47,862 bases of DNA from Candidatus Harrisonbacteria bacterium (GTDB lineage Bacteria; Patescibacteriota; Minisyncoccia; UBA6257; 02-FULL-45-10c), in the NCBI GenBank assembly GCA_016214655.1, contig JACROC010000007.1, positions 80,785-128,646 on the forward strand, read 5' to 3'. Below, piece after piece: positions 36,521 through 44,684 of the stretch. The notes below the pieces were generated by a model. The model had not been told where the DNA came from and searched no databases. It saw only the letters and a list, made by a program, of their open reading frames with translations. Position 1 is the first letter of the stretch. Every line of letters starts with the position of its first letter. The position numbers and the translations under genes are program-made.

Positions 36521-36548
36521 ATTAGAAATTAGATATTAGTCATTAGTA
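36521..36548. repeat. Heptamer array ATTAGAA-ATTAGAT-ATTAGTC-ATTAGTA (right bracket of the rpmH promoter)
   Basis: ATTAG at 36521, 36528, 36535 and 36542 (period 7). It is in inverted orientation relative to the 36458-36478 array. Confidence 0.85.
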
Positions 36549-36559
36549 ATTTTTGCAAT

Positions 36560-36694
36560 ATGTCTCAAACATATCAACCCAAAAAACGGAAAAGGGCAAG
36601 AACGCACGGATTTTTGGTCCGGAGCAGAACTCCTGGTGGGAGGCGGGTTTTAAGAGAAAGAAGGCGGAAAGGAAGGCACCGATTGTCGGTTTAA
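36560..36694 (+). CDS. rpmH: 50S ribosomal protein L34
   Basis: Below the ORF-track cut-off. Hand translation: [44 protein letters not shown] (44 aa). Canonical L34, in the canonical position upstream of rnpA. Confidence 0.95.
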   Translation: MSQTYQPKKRKRARTHGFLVRSRTPGGRRVLRERRRKGRHRLSV

Positions 36695-36791
36695 ATCCCA
36701 AACTTTAATTTCTAAATACTAAATAATCTTAAAATTTCAATTCCTAAAATCCAAAACTTTTTAAGTTTCGGGTTTTAAATATTGGAATTTG

Positions 36792-36819
36792 TTTAGGATT
36801 TAGTGCTTAGTGATTAGAA
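36792..36819. repeat. Heptamer array TTTAGGA-TTTAGTG-CTTAGTG-ATTAGAA upstream of rnpA
   Basis: TTAG every 7 nt, four times. The 23-mer ATTGGAATTTGTTTAGGATTTAG (36781-36803) recurs with one mismatch at 44643-44665. Confidence 0.85.
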
Positions 36820-36830
36820 TTTTTTTAACT

Positions 36831-37166
36831 ATGCTCAAAAAGAAATACCGTCTTCCGATTCAAGCGATGCTTGGCAAGAAAGGCCAAACTCTCAAAACCT
36901 CTTTTTTATCGCTAAAAATTTTCCCCAGCAATCTTTCTTATTCCAGATTTGGAGCGGTGATCAGTAAAAAAGTTGCCGCTAAGGCTACGGCCAGAAATAA
37001 ATTACGCCGAATAATTTTTTCAGCCATTGAACCTTATTTCGGAGAAGAAAAAAAGTTCTTTATAGATAAAAGAGATTTTTTAGTTATTATTTATCCGGCA
37101 GTAAAAGATTTATCTAGAGAAGAAATAAAAATGCATTTGCGGGAGATTTTTGATAAGCTTAAATAA
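36831..37166 (+). CDS. rnpA: Ribonuclease P protein component
   Basis: ATG at 36831 (the track ORF starts at an upstream GTG inside the stop-rich repeat). MLKKKYRLP..., RNKLRRIIF (the RNR motif region). 111 aa. Confidence 0.85.
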   Translation: MLKKKYRLPIQAMLGKKGQTLKTSFLSLKIFPSNLSYSRFGAVISKKVAAKATARNKLRRIIFSAIEPYFGEEKKFFIDKRDFLVIIYPAVKDLSREEIKMHLREIFDKLK

Positions 37167-37167
37167 T

Positions 37168-37899
37168 ATGTTTCAAACATTTTTATACAACCCGTTATTT
37201 AACGCGTTGGTGTTTCTTTATAATACGGCCGCATTTCAAGACTTGGGATTAGCAATAATTTTCTTGACTATTGTTATCAGGATAATTTTTATGCCGCTCT
37301 TTTATCGGAGTACCAAGAATCAAATTTTGCTCCAGCGATTACAGCCGGAATTAGCAAAAATCCAGCATGACCATAAAGATGATCGAGAAAAGCAGGCACA
37401 GGCCATGATGGATCTTTATAAAAAGCATAACGTTAATCCATTCTCCGGGTTTTTATTGCTTCTTATTCAATTGCCGGTATTAATTGCATTATACAGGGTA
37501 TTTTTTGGAGGTTTTTCGCCGGAGCTGTTTGATCGTTTATACTCTTTCGTGCTTAGACCCGAAGCTTTAAATGCCACTCTTTTGGGCTTGATTGATTTGG
37601 CAAAACCGAGTATTCTTATGGTTAGTTTGGCTGCGGTTATGCAATATATCCAGGGACGCACAGCTCTTCTGAAAACCGATAAAAACAAGCCACTGTCTCA
37701 GCCGGAAAAAATGGCCAAGCAAATGATTTATTTTGGGCCGGTCATGACTGTTCTGGTTTTAAGTAATCTGCCTTCCGCCATTGGCCTTTATTGGCTGGTG
37801 ACCTCGGCTTTTTCAGTAGTGCAGCAGGTTTATATAAACAAAACTATCAATATCAAAGAAGAAAAAAAGGAACATGGAGCAATTAAAACAAACAATTGA
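37168..37899 (+). CDS. yidC: Membrane protein insertase YidC (short Oxa1-type)
   Basis: ATG at 37168, 1 nt after the rnpA stop. LAIIFLTIVIRIIFMPL, NPFSGFLLLLIQLPVLIALY and the GLYWLVTSAFSVVQQ signature. Confidence 0.9.
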   Translation: MFQTFLYNPLFNALVFLYNTAAFQDLGLAIIFLTIVIRIIFMPLFYRSTKNQILLQRLQPELAKIQHDHKDDREKQAQAMMDLYKKHNVNPFSGFLLLLIQLPVLIALYRVFFGGFSPELFDRLYSFVLRPEALNATLLGLIDLAKPSILMVSLAAVMQYIQGRTALLKTDKNKPLSQPEKMAKQMIYFGPVMTVLVLSNLPSAIGLYWLVTSAFSVVQQVYINKTINIKEEKKEHGAIKTNN

Positions 37900-38299
37900 A
37901 CAAATATTGGGAGCCAGCGGACTTAGTTTTTCCGTTGAAGTAGAGCCCGAGGCCAATCGGGTGAACATTTTTATTCACGATGAGGGTTTGACTAAGGAGT
38001 TTTTGCCCCGCTTGGTTGCGGATTTAGAACACGTTATTAAGATCGCCGCTAAAAAACTTGGCATTGAGAAGGTGGGTGTAGATGTGAATAATTATAAAAG
38101 AGAGCGGGAGCGGCTGATTGGCGAACTTGCAAAGGCGGCGGCAAGGAAAGTTTTAGCCGAGAAAAAAGAAATTGAACTCCCAGCCATGAATGCTTATGAG
38201 CGGAGGATTGTTCACGTGGAACTGGCAACCCGCCCCGATGTGAAAACGGAGAGCGTCGGCGAAGGAACAGACCGTCACATTATCGTCAGGCCACTATAG
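37874..38299 (+). CDS. jag: Jag/KhpB-like R3H-domain RNA-binding protein
   Basis: 141 aa. KH-like region plus R3H motif (MNAYERRIVHVELA). Canonical position after yidC. Confidence 0.8.
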   Translation: MEQLKQTIEQILGASGLSFSVEVEPEANRVNIFIHDEGLTKEFLPRLVADLEHVIKIAAKKLGIEKVGVDVNNYKRERERLIGELAKAAARKVLAEKKEIELPAMNAYERRIVHVELATRPDVKTESVGEGTDRHIIVRPL

Positions 38300-38302
38300 C
38301 GC

Positions 38303-38338
38303 GATACTAATATACGAATGCATACTAATGATACAAAT
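38303..38338. repeat. Left arm of the imperfect inverted repeat bracketing the GxxExxY gene
   Basis: GATACTAATATACGAATGCATACTAATGATACAAAT matches the reverse complement of 38719-38754 at 30 of 36 positions (hand alignment). It contains the gene's ATG. Confidence 0.8.
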
Positions 38339-38716
38339 GGGAAATTAATTTATCCCGAGTTGTCTTATTTTTTATCTGGTATCTGTTTTGATGTTCATAA
38401 TGAGTTGGGGAGATATGGCCGCGAAAAACAATATGGGGATTTGATTGAAAAGAAATTGCAAAATATAAATCTTCCTTATAAAAGAGAATTTAGTATAGGA
38501 AAAACTGGCAATGTAGTTGATTTTGTTATAGAGGATAAAATTATTTTAGAATTAAAAACTAAACCCTTGATAGTTAAAGAAGATTATTATCAAACACAAA
38601 GATACTTGCAATCTTCTAAAATAAGGCTCGCTTTGCTAATAAATTTCAGAAATAGATATTTAAAGCCTACTAGAGTTGTAAGAATAGATACCGATGTGAG
38701 GAATAAATTTTTCTAA
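38318..38716 (+). CDS. GxxExxY-family protein (PD-(D/E)XK nuclease-like fold)
   Basis: 132 aa. [22 protein letters not shown] is a typical family N-terminus, and [15 protein letters not shown] is a D...E-x-K-type motif. Confidence 0.75.
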   Translation: MHTNDTNGKLIYPELSYFLSGICFDVHNELGRYGREKQYGDLIEKKLQNINLPYKREFSIGKTGNVVDFVIEDKIILELKTKPLIVKEDYYQTQRYLQSSKIRLALLINFRNRYLKPTRVVRIDTDVRNKFF

Positions 38717-38718
38717 TT

Positions 38719-38754
38719 ATTAGTATAATTAGTATTGATTAGTATATTGGTATC
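38719..38754. repeat. Right arm of the inverted repeat bracketing the GxxExxY gene
   Basis: ATTAGTATAATTAGTATTGATTAGTATATTGGTATC. See the left arm at 38303-38338. Confidence 0.8.
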
Positions 38755-38767
38755 GATTCTAGTCTAC

Positions 38768-39862
38768 TTATTCTAACCGCAGGCCATAGAGTTTTCCATC
38801 TAGACGGTTTTTGAATAGGAGGCTGTCTTGGTGTAACTCTAAATGTTCGGCGTCAAAAATTATTTCCGATCCAATTTCCAATTTGATAGTTTGTCTGGAT
38901 TCCAAGTCAATTAAATAAAGCGCGTCATCAAAATAAACTGCTTTTTTGTAATAATCATCCGGCCAGCGAACTTCCGGATTAATATTTTTTGGTACGGCGC
39001 AGTAGATTTTTAATTTATCAATTAAACACTTGGACGGGAGGGTCAGGAAGCTGAAAGTCTCCTGTGTAGCTCCGTCTTTATTTATGAGACTTAGGTACAC
39101 CTTCCCTTCTTTGTTGAAAAGCTTTATTCCTAAATCACTGTTTTTGAACCATCTGAGGGTTAAGCCGTTTTCATCTTGGATTAAAGGCGCAAGATTTTTT
39201 TGAGTAAGATTAAGCAACCAAAGTGAGGAATTTAACTCAAAAGTCGGCGGAGTTGAGAGCAGTGCCGTAGTGGAAGAAACCCAGGCAATTTCCACCTCTT
39301 TTTGAGAGAGATCTAAAATTTTATCAAATTTTTGTTTTATTATGTTAAAAATATTAAGCGATTTGTCATCGGCAAATAATAGTTCCGGAGAATTGGGCGA
39401 CCAGGCGGCAGAAATTGTACCGGCTGGCAGCGGCTGCCAGTTGGTCGATGTCGTATCAAAGATTGCAAAGATCGGCGAGTTCGGGAAATTAAATTTTGCC
39501 AGACCAAAAGATCCGTCATTACTCGCTTCAACTCTATTTAACTTGGTTAGGGTTCTAGAATTAACCAGTTCTTCAGAGTTATCGGAAAATCGTATTACTT
39601 GGCCGAATTCGTTCAGGTAATAAACAGCGTTATTTTGAGAATTGATCCAATAATCAAAAATAGGGGCCTGAGTTATTGAATAAAACTTGGGTTTTGCTGA
39701 TTGACCTTCGGGGACGGTCCGCTCCGGAACCGGTTTGCCAGAGGGAAAAATTCCGCTTACCAATTTTTGAACTGCGGGGGTTTTGTAAAAAAATGAATAG
39801 ATCAGCCAAACAACAGCAGCTATTATAATAAGGACCGCTAAAATTTTAAGATATTTTTTCAT
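38768..39862 (-). CDS. TM-anchored hypothetical protein, beta-propeller-like ectodomain (last gene of the T4SS-like cluster)
   Basis: The internal ATG at 39862 gives MKKYLKILAVLIIIAAVVWLIYSFF (signal anchor) and removes the overlap with the upstream gene. The rest is beta-rich with TolB/WD-like repeats (AAWSPNSPELLFADD). Confidence 0.55.
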   Translation of the reverse strand: MKKYLKILAVLIIIAAVVWLIYSFFYKTPAVQKLVSGIFPSGKPVPERTVPEGQSAKPKFYSITQAPIFDYWINSQNNAVYYLNEFGQVIRFSDNSEELVNSRTLTKLNRVEASNDGSFGLAKFNFPNSPIFAIFDTTSTNWQPLPAGTISAAWSPNSPELLFADDKSLNIFNIIKQKFDKILDLSQKEVEIAWVSSTTALLSTPPTFELNSSLWLLNLTQKNLAPLIQDENGLTLRWFKNSDLGIKLFNKEGKVYLSLINKDGATQETFSFLTLPSKCLIDKLKIYCAVPKNINPEVRWPDDYYKKAVYFDDALYLIDLESRQTIKLEIGSEIIFDAEHLELHQDSLLFKNRLDGKLYGLRLE

Positions 39863-39864
39863 AA

Positions 39865-40725
39865 CTATTTTTTTATTACCGGTTGGCAGCCGCCCAGCAC
39901 CGCATCTTCTTGCCCAGGCGGGCAGATGCAGTTGCCATCTTTTAATGTTTTTGGAAGGGGACAATTAGTTTCTTTGGGTTTATTTGTGGGCGGTGTGGTT
40001 ACTGCCGGGGGAGGAACATTTTGTAGAGTTATAAATAACTCCGGATTATTTGCTCCGGGATTTATTATATTGAGGAATCCGGGATCAATAGTGTATAAAA
40101 TTGTTGCGGCGCCTAGAAGCAGGATTAATCCATAAATTGCGCTTCTGATTTGTTCTTTAGCTTCGTCGATACTGGTAAAACTGCCGGCTGCCAGTATATA
40201 TTGTAGAGCGCCAAAGGTTATGGACCCAAAAGCAAGTAGTCCGACGATCATTAATCCGAATTGATATATACGGACTATATATCTGCCCGGCGTAGCTCCT
40301 TCTCCGCCGGCGATCTTTGGACAATCCCCCCCAAATATCGGCGAGCAGGGAATGTCATATTTTACCTCGTATGTTTTAACTCCTTCTTTTATGTCACCAA
40401 GAGTTCCGAATATACCCAAACCATTTACCACGTCTTCATAGGCTTTTGCTGAGGCCTCATAAGCATCCCCGACTCTTTTGGCATTTTTGAAAACCTCTTC
40501 ATATTCTCTGGTTCCTTTTTTAATGCATTTTTCAATACGCGTAACAGTACCCGCCTCTTCTTTAACTGCCGGTTCAAATTTAAATAATATGGAATCCTCC
40601 TCGCATTTTCCATTGATCGGGCTTACTATGTTTGCGGCAAAACTTATTAAAAAGGAATTTAGTAAGATAAGGATGGATGATAAAATTGCCCAGCTCATTT
40701 TATTTTTTAACTTATTACTATACAT
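39865..40725 (-). CDS. T4SS pilin-like (VirB2/TrbC-analogous, CPR-type) protein with large N-terminal extension and Cys-rich tail
   Basis: 286 aa. Signal peptide and a Cys pair (DIPCSPIFGGDC). Then two hydrophobic helices separated by an AKEQIRSAIYG linker (IYQFGLMIVGLLAFGSITFGALQYILAAG / LILLLGAATILYTIDP). C-terminal Pro/Thr spacer and a 4-Cys knot. Confidence 0.55.
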   Translation of the reverse strand: MYSNKLKNKMSWAILSSILILLNSFLISFAANIVSPINGKCEEDSILFKFEPAVKEEAGTVTRIEKCIKKGTREYEEVFKNAKRVGDAYEASAKAYEDVVNGLGIFGTLGDIKEGVKTYEVKYDIPCSPIFGGDCPKIAGGEGATPGRYIVRIYQFGLMIVGLLAFGSITFGALQYILAAGSFTSIDEAKEQIRSAIYGLILLLGAATILYTIDPGFLNIINPGANNPELFITLQNVPPPAVTTPPTNKPKETNCPLPKTLKDGNCICPPGQEDAVLGGCQPVIKK

Positions 40726-40727
40726 AA

Positions 40728-41429
40728 TTAAAACGTGGTCACAAAATAAGCCCTTTTTATTGCCGACTCAAACTCGTTAAAAAAATTTTTTATTGTTACT
40801 GATAAAACAATATCTCCATTGCCAGACGGAACCTGCGAGCCCAAATCTAAGTTTAGCGACTCTGGATTATCGGCGGAAGCGGAAATTCGTTCCCCGTTTA
40901 TTTTCCAATCAAAAGATAATTCACTGGAATTAGCTGCGTTAAAAAAATAAGGGAGAGCGGTAAGGGTATGCTTCCCGAATTTAATTTTTTTGTTTAATAA
41001 TTTGCTTTCAATCATTATTTCCGGACGAAGGGATGGGATTATTACGCTACTCGTTAGATTTTGCTCCTTGTAATCTAAGACGGTTATCCGTACGGCTTGT
41101 TCTTGGCTGCCACTATTAAAACGGGCAGTTTTTAATCCTATTCCGGAAGTCAAAAACTTCCCGTTTAATTCCCAGCTAATCTCGCTTTTGGATAAGTTAA
41201 TTACTTTACCATTATCAATTACGTCAAACCCGACTTCTACCGGGGTATTATTGGTGGGAAAAATTTTTCCTTGGTAGCCAGCTGGCACATAGCTTAGGGC
41301 TTTCCAGGAAATCAAAAGCTGCGGCGTGGTTTGGGCAAAAGCATTATCAATAATTAGTAAATAGTAAATAGTAACTAGGAACAGTATTTTAATAATCGCA
41401 TTTATATTTTTATAATTTATAATTACCAT
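40728..41429 (-). CDS. Secreted hypothetical protein with two tandem beta-sandwich-like repeats
   Basis: 233 aa. Signal peptide ending AFA-Q. Internal duplication (SEISWELNGKFL... versus SELSFDWKINGERI...). Confidence 0.5.
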   Translation of the reverse strand: MVIINYKNINAIIKILFLVTIYYLLIIDNAFAQTTPQLLISWKALSYVPAGYQGKIFPTNNTPVEVGFDVIDNGKVINLSKSEISWELNGKFLTSGIGLKTARFNSGSQEQAVRITVLDYKEQNLTSSVIIPSLRPEIMIESKLLNKKIKFGKHTLTALPYFFNAANSSELSFDWKINGERISASADNPESLNLDLGSQVPSGNGDIVLSVTIKNFFNEFESAIKRAYFVTTF

Positions 41430-41440
41430 TTTCTAATTTA

Positions 41441-41782
41441 TTATTTAACGGCTGGTTTGGGGCCAGTTCCGGCACTGGTTTTTTGAACCGCCGCAGTTGC
41501 AATTTCTTGAAGCCCGCTGCGGTCTACGATAACGGTAGCTATCCAGCCGATGGTGAACATCGGCAGTATTCCGATCGGAGTTGCCTCAAAAACTTTAGCG
41601 ATCAAGTCGGGTATCAAACTAACTCCCTTCATTCTGAGATAAAAGGTGCTTAACGAGCTGATTATGACTAATATAAAACCAAATCCTACAGCTGCTAAAC
41701 CCACACTAATGACATCAAATAGGATAAAAACCAATCCTACATAAACTATTTCACTGGTGGAAATTTTTGGTTCGTGTTTCAT
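41441..41782 (-). CDS. Small 3-TM membrane protein
   Basis: 113 aa. Hydrophobic helices VYVGLVFILFDVISVGLAAVGFGFILVII and GILPMFTIGWIATVIV. Located directly downstream of VirB4. Confidence 0.5.
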   Translation of the reverse strand: MKHEPKISTSEIVYVGLVFILFDVISVGLAAVGFGFILVIISSLSTFYLRMKGVSLIPDLIAKVFEATPIGILPMFTIGWIATVIVDRSGLQEIATAAVQKTSAGTGPKPAVK

Positions 41783-41807
41783 ATATCAATTATAATATAA
41801 TATGATA

Positions 41808-43520
41808 TTACCCTTTTTGCTGTTCTAGAATTTGTTCCGGCCGAGTAGTTACGATTTTATCTTCCAAATATGAGGCAATGATTTGAATGGACACGTGATT
41901 TAATCCTGCAAAGAACAATCCTTGGCCTACCCTTGCCTCCAAGAGCAAGCTTTTTTCGCCCTCGGTCAAATTGAAGGTCTTGGCAACTAAGTCCACCATT
42001 GCCGGAGATTGTTTTAAAAGCAGCTGAAGCGAGGAATTGGTGATAATTGGCCGGCCGTAAGGAGAGCGGAGGAAATCTTCCACGTCTTGGGTAATGGTAG
42101 TGACGCCAAGATAATACTTTCTGCATCTTTTAACCAGGCCGAATAAGAAAGACGCGCCGTCTTCGTACTTCATTAACACCCAAGCCTCATCAATGATTAA
42201 AACCCTTCTTTTAAGCTGTGCTCTGATTAAGCTCCAAATGAAGTTTAGCACTATATACATGGCAATCGGCCGAAGTGAGTCCTCTAAGTCTCGGATAGAA
42301 AAGACAATCAGTCGATTTTTGATGTCTACGTTGGATGGTTGGTTGGTGAATCCGGCGTAGCTGCCTTGGGTAAATTTATAAAGCCGTTCGGCTATGCCGC
42401 GTCCGCCTTCCATATTTTCCAGAACTTTTTGCAGTTCTTCCAAGAGTGGCGGAGTGGCTGTGGAGAAATCTTTTCCGGGAATGATATCATGGGCGGCATA
42501 AGTCTCACTCAGGGCTCGGTCCAGAACAGCATCTTCTTCCGGAGTAATCTGACCAACCATGATTTTTAAAAGTCCGGATAAATTTACTATGTGCGATCTA
42601 AGTACATCGGCCGGGTCTTCATTTGGAGGTATAATGGGAATTTCAAAAGGATTGATGTGGTGGTCTGAAGTCAGAGAAATTTTGAAAAAACTTCCCCCAA
42701 CCGCCGAAGCCAGATTTTGATATTCATTTTCCGGGTCAATGATTAAGACATCAACCCCGAACATTAAAAGCCTTAAAATTTCCAGTTTGCTGGCATAAGA
42801 TTTTCCGCTGCCGGATTTGGCAAAAATTACCATGTTGGCATTTTCCAAAGAGAAGCGGTCAAAAATGACGAGGGTGTTGTTGTGCTGGTTGACCCCGTAC
42901 ATTATGCCGGTATTAGAGGTCAGTTCAGTTGAGGTGAATGGGAAGATTGAGGAAAATGGCCCGGAGTTTAGCGGTGTGTGAATAAGCAACCTATCTAAAC
43001 CGAGCGGCAAAGTTGAATTGAACCCGTCTAATTGCTGGAATAATGCCGGTTTTATATAGATGAGCCGGCTTTCCAGCAAAACTTCGATTTTTCCTTCCAA
43101 TTTACGTAATTCTTCCAGGGTATCAGCGTAAATAGTCATATAAACACTGACATTGAATAAATTTTCTCTTGCTTGCTGGAGTGAGTCCCGGAGTGATTCG
43201 ATATCCTGAAAGGCAGTTTCTAGAATCGGGTCGCGCACCATTCCCTTTTGCTGTTTTTCAATTATCTGAGATTCTATCTGAGCAGCTTTTTTTCTTAGTT
43301 TTTTAAGCGCGACGGGAGTAGCCACGGGGTGGGCAAAAATTGAAATATCTATGAGTTCCGGCATATCAATTATTCCGGAAAACCAGCCGGTAGCAAGATA
43401 TCTTGGATAGCTAAAAATAAATAAAGTTTTGGTGAACTTATCTCCGACTTTCAGATAATTGGAATCAATCTCAATTCCCGGCGGGGCAATTATGTTTACT
43501 ATATTTTTTTTGTCATCCAT
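41808..43520 (-). CDS. virB4: VirB4/TraC/TrbE-family T4SS ATPase (middle and C-terminal ATPase portion)
   Basis: 570 aa. YPRYLATGWFSGIIDMPELIDISIF (VirB4 N-terminal-region pattern), Walker A FAKSGSGKSY, Walker B VLIIDEAW, and GVTTITQD. Confidence 0.85.
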   Translation of the reverse strand: MDDKKNIVNIIAPPGIEIDSNYLKVGDKFTKTLFIFSYPRYLATGWFSGIIDMPELIDISIFAHPVATPVALKKLRKKAAQIESQIIEKQQKGMVRDPILETAFQDIESLRDSLQQARENLFNVSVYMTIYADTLEELRKLEGKIEVLLESRLIYIKPALFQQLDGFNSTLPLGLDRLLIHTPLNSGPFSSIFPFTSTELTSNTGIMYGVNQHNNTLVIFDRFSLENANMVIFAKSGSGKSYASKLEILRLLMFGVDVLIIDPENEYQNLASAVGGSFFKISLTSDHHINPFEIPIIPPNEDPADVLRSHIVNLSGLLKIMVGQITPEEDAVLDRALSETYAAHDIIPGKDFSTATPPLLEELQKVLENMEGGRGIAERLYKFTQGSYAGFTNQPSNVDIKNRLIVFSIRDLEDSLRPIAMYIVLNFIWSLIRAQLKRRVLIIDEAWVLMKYEDGASFLFGLVKRCRKYYLGVTTITQDVEDFLRSPYGRPIITNSSLQLLLKQSPAMVDLVAKTFNLTEGEKSLLLEARVGQGLFFAGLNHVSIQIIASYLEDKIVTTRPEQILEQQKG

Positions 43521-43542
43521 GTTTATTTCAATTATTAATCCT

Positions 43543-44208
43543 TTATTTATTAACTTGCGTTTCCAAGTCTACTTTTTTGGCTACGGTGGACGGATTATAT
43601 AGATTATAGAAAAGCTCTATTAATTCGTCATTTTCCAGGGAAACGGCGCGGAGACCGATTTGATTTAAGCCATCTATAATTTGTGATACACGCGCATTTA
43701 ATTGCTGCAGGCTCTCTTCAAATTTCTCATCTTTTTTTTCCTGGGCGGTTTTTTTGGATTTTCCCCAACTAAATAGAGCATCGGCGATATTTAATCCGGC
43801 ACCTGGAACTGCGATCGGGTCGTACGGGACAACCACGAAAAATCTTTTTTGCATAATGGCATTTTCTCTTACCACCGTTTTGACAAATTCCCGGTATTCA
43901 AGAATTTGATTTTTTAAAAGGCTGTTTTCTTCCTGAATTTCGCGCTCTTCGAGAGTTTTAATATAATCATCAATATTAAGCTTTCTGGAATGGATAAAGA
44001 ATTGAACGGTAAAATCCAGAGAATTCAAGAATCCCTGGAAAGCCTGAGTAATCATTTCTTGCTCTTCCGTGGATTTTAGAGAGAAATTGGTTCCGGAAAC
44101 CAGAATAATTTTTCTTAGACCCCCGCCCTTCAATTTGATTGTATCGTTTTCTACGGATTCAATTTCTATAAACTGTTGTGTGGGTAAAGACCCTTCTCTA
44201 TTCGGCAT
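43543..44208 (-). CDS. VirB4 N-terminal-domain-like protein (separate ORF)
   Basis: 221 aa. FIEIESVENDTIKLKGGGLRKIILVSGTNFSLKSTEEQEMITQAFQGFLNSLDFTVQFFIHSRKLNID resembles the extreme N-terminus of Gram-positive VirB4 homologues (Tn916 Orf16/TcpF type). 221+570 aa is about the size of a full-length VirB4. Confidence 0.5.
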   Translation of the reverse strand: MPNREGSLPTQQFIEIESVENDTIKLKGGGLRKIILVSGTNFSLKSTEEQEMITQAFQGFLNSLDFTVQFFIHSRKLNIDDYIKTLEEREIQEENSLLKNQILEYREFVKTVVRENAIMQKRFFVVVPYDPIAVPGAGLNIADALFSWGKSKKTAQEKKDEKFEESLQQLNARVSQIIDGLNQIGLRAVSLENDELIELFYNLYNPSTVAKKVDLETQVNK

Positions 44209-44220
44209 ATACTTTATTAT

Positions 44221-44254
44221 AAACCCTAAATTCTAATATCTAAACTCTAAACAA
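44221..44254. repeat. Left arm (CTAA heptamer array) of the inverted repeat bracketing the four-helix-bundle gene
   Basis: AAACCCTAAATTCTAATATCTAAACTCTAAACAA has CTAA at 44226, 44233, 44240 and 44247. It matches the reverse complement of 44651-44684 at 29 of 34 positions. Confidence 0.85.
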
Positions 44255-44284
44255 TTATAAAATTCCAATTATCAAATTTAGAAA

Positions 44285-44644
44285 CTATTTTGACCCTTCT
44301 ACTATCGACCCGAAAATTTTCGTAAGCTCTCCAGATTCTTTGATTAAATATTCTCTTTCTGATTCAGATTCCGTTTTGGGGGCGCTAAGTTTTAACCACA
44401 AGCAGCTCTCTTTCGATTCTTTTCGGCATATTTTTATTCTTATAACGAAATCTTTTTTACTAAGCGCCTCGTTAGCTTCTATATAATTAGCGGCAACCGA
44501 ACCCGAGGACCGAACTAATTGTTTTCCGTTCTCTATGTTGGTAATTATTTTAGGTAAACTATTGACGTACCCATTTACCCTTTTCGCGAAATTAAAAGTT
44601 CTTTCTTCTAGATCATATTTTTTTGTATTTGGAGATTGGTCCAT
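44285..44644 (-). CDS. Four-helix-bundle protein (TIGR02436 / 23S rRNA intervening-sequence protein family)
   Basis: 119 aa. FNFAKRVNGYVNSLPK...QLVRSSGSVAANYIEANEA.SKKDF..KI.ICRKESKES..WL is the typical family pattern. Confidence 0.8.
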   Translation of the reverse strand: MDQSPNTKKYDLEERTFNFAKRVNGYVNSLPKIITNIENGKQLVRSSGSVAANYIEANEALSKKDFVIRIKICRKESKESCLWLKLSAPKTESESEREYLIKESGELTKIFGSIVEGSK

Positions 44645-44650
44645 TGGAGT

Positions 44651-44684
44651 TTGTTTAGGATTTAGAAATTAGGATTTAGAGTTT
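44651..44684. repeat. Right arm (TTAG heptamer array) of the inverted repeat bracketing the four-helix-bundle gene
   Basis: TTGTTTAGGATTTAGAAATTAGGATTTAGAGTTT has TTAG at 44655, 44662, 44669 and 44676. Confidence 0.85.

Noticed and set aside
44285-44644. Diversity-generating retroelement, because the four-helix-bundle protein belongs to the Avd-like fold family
   Set aside because: No reverse transcriptase gene and no template/variable repeat pair is visible anywhere in the window.
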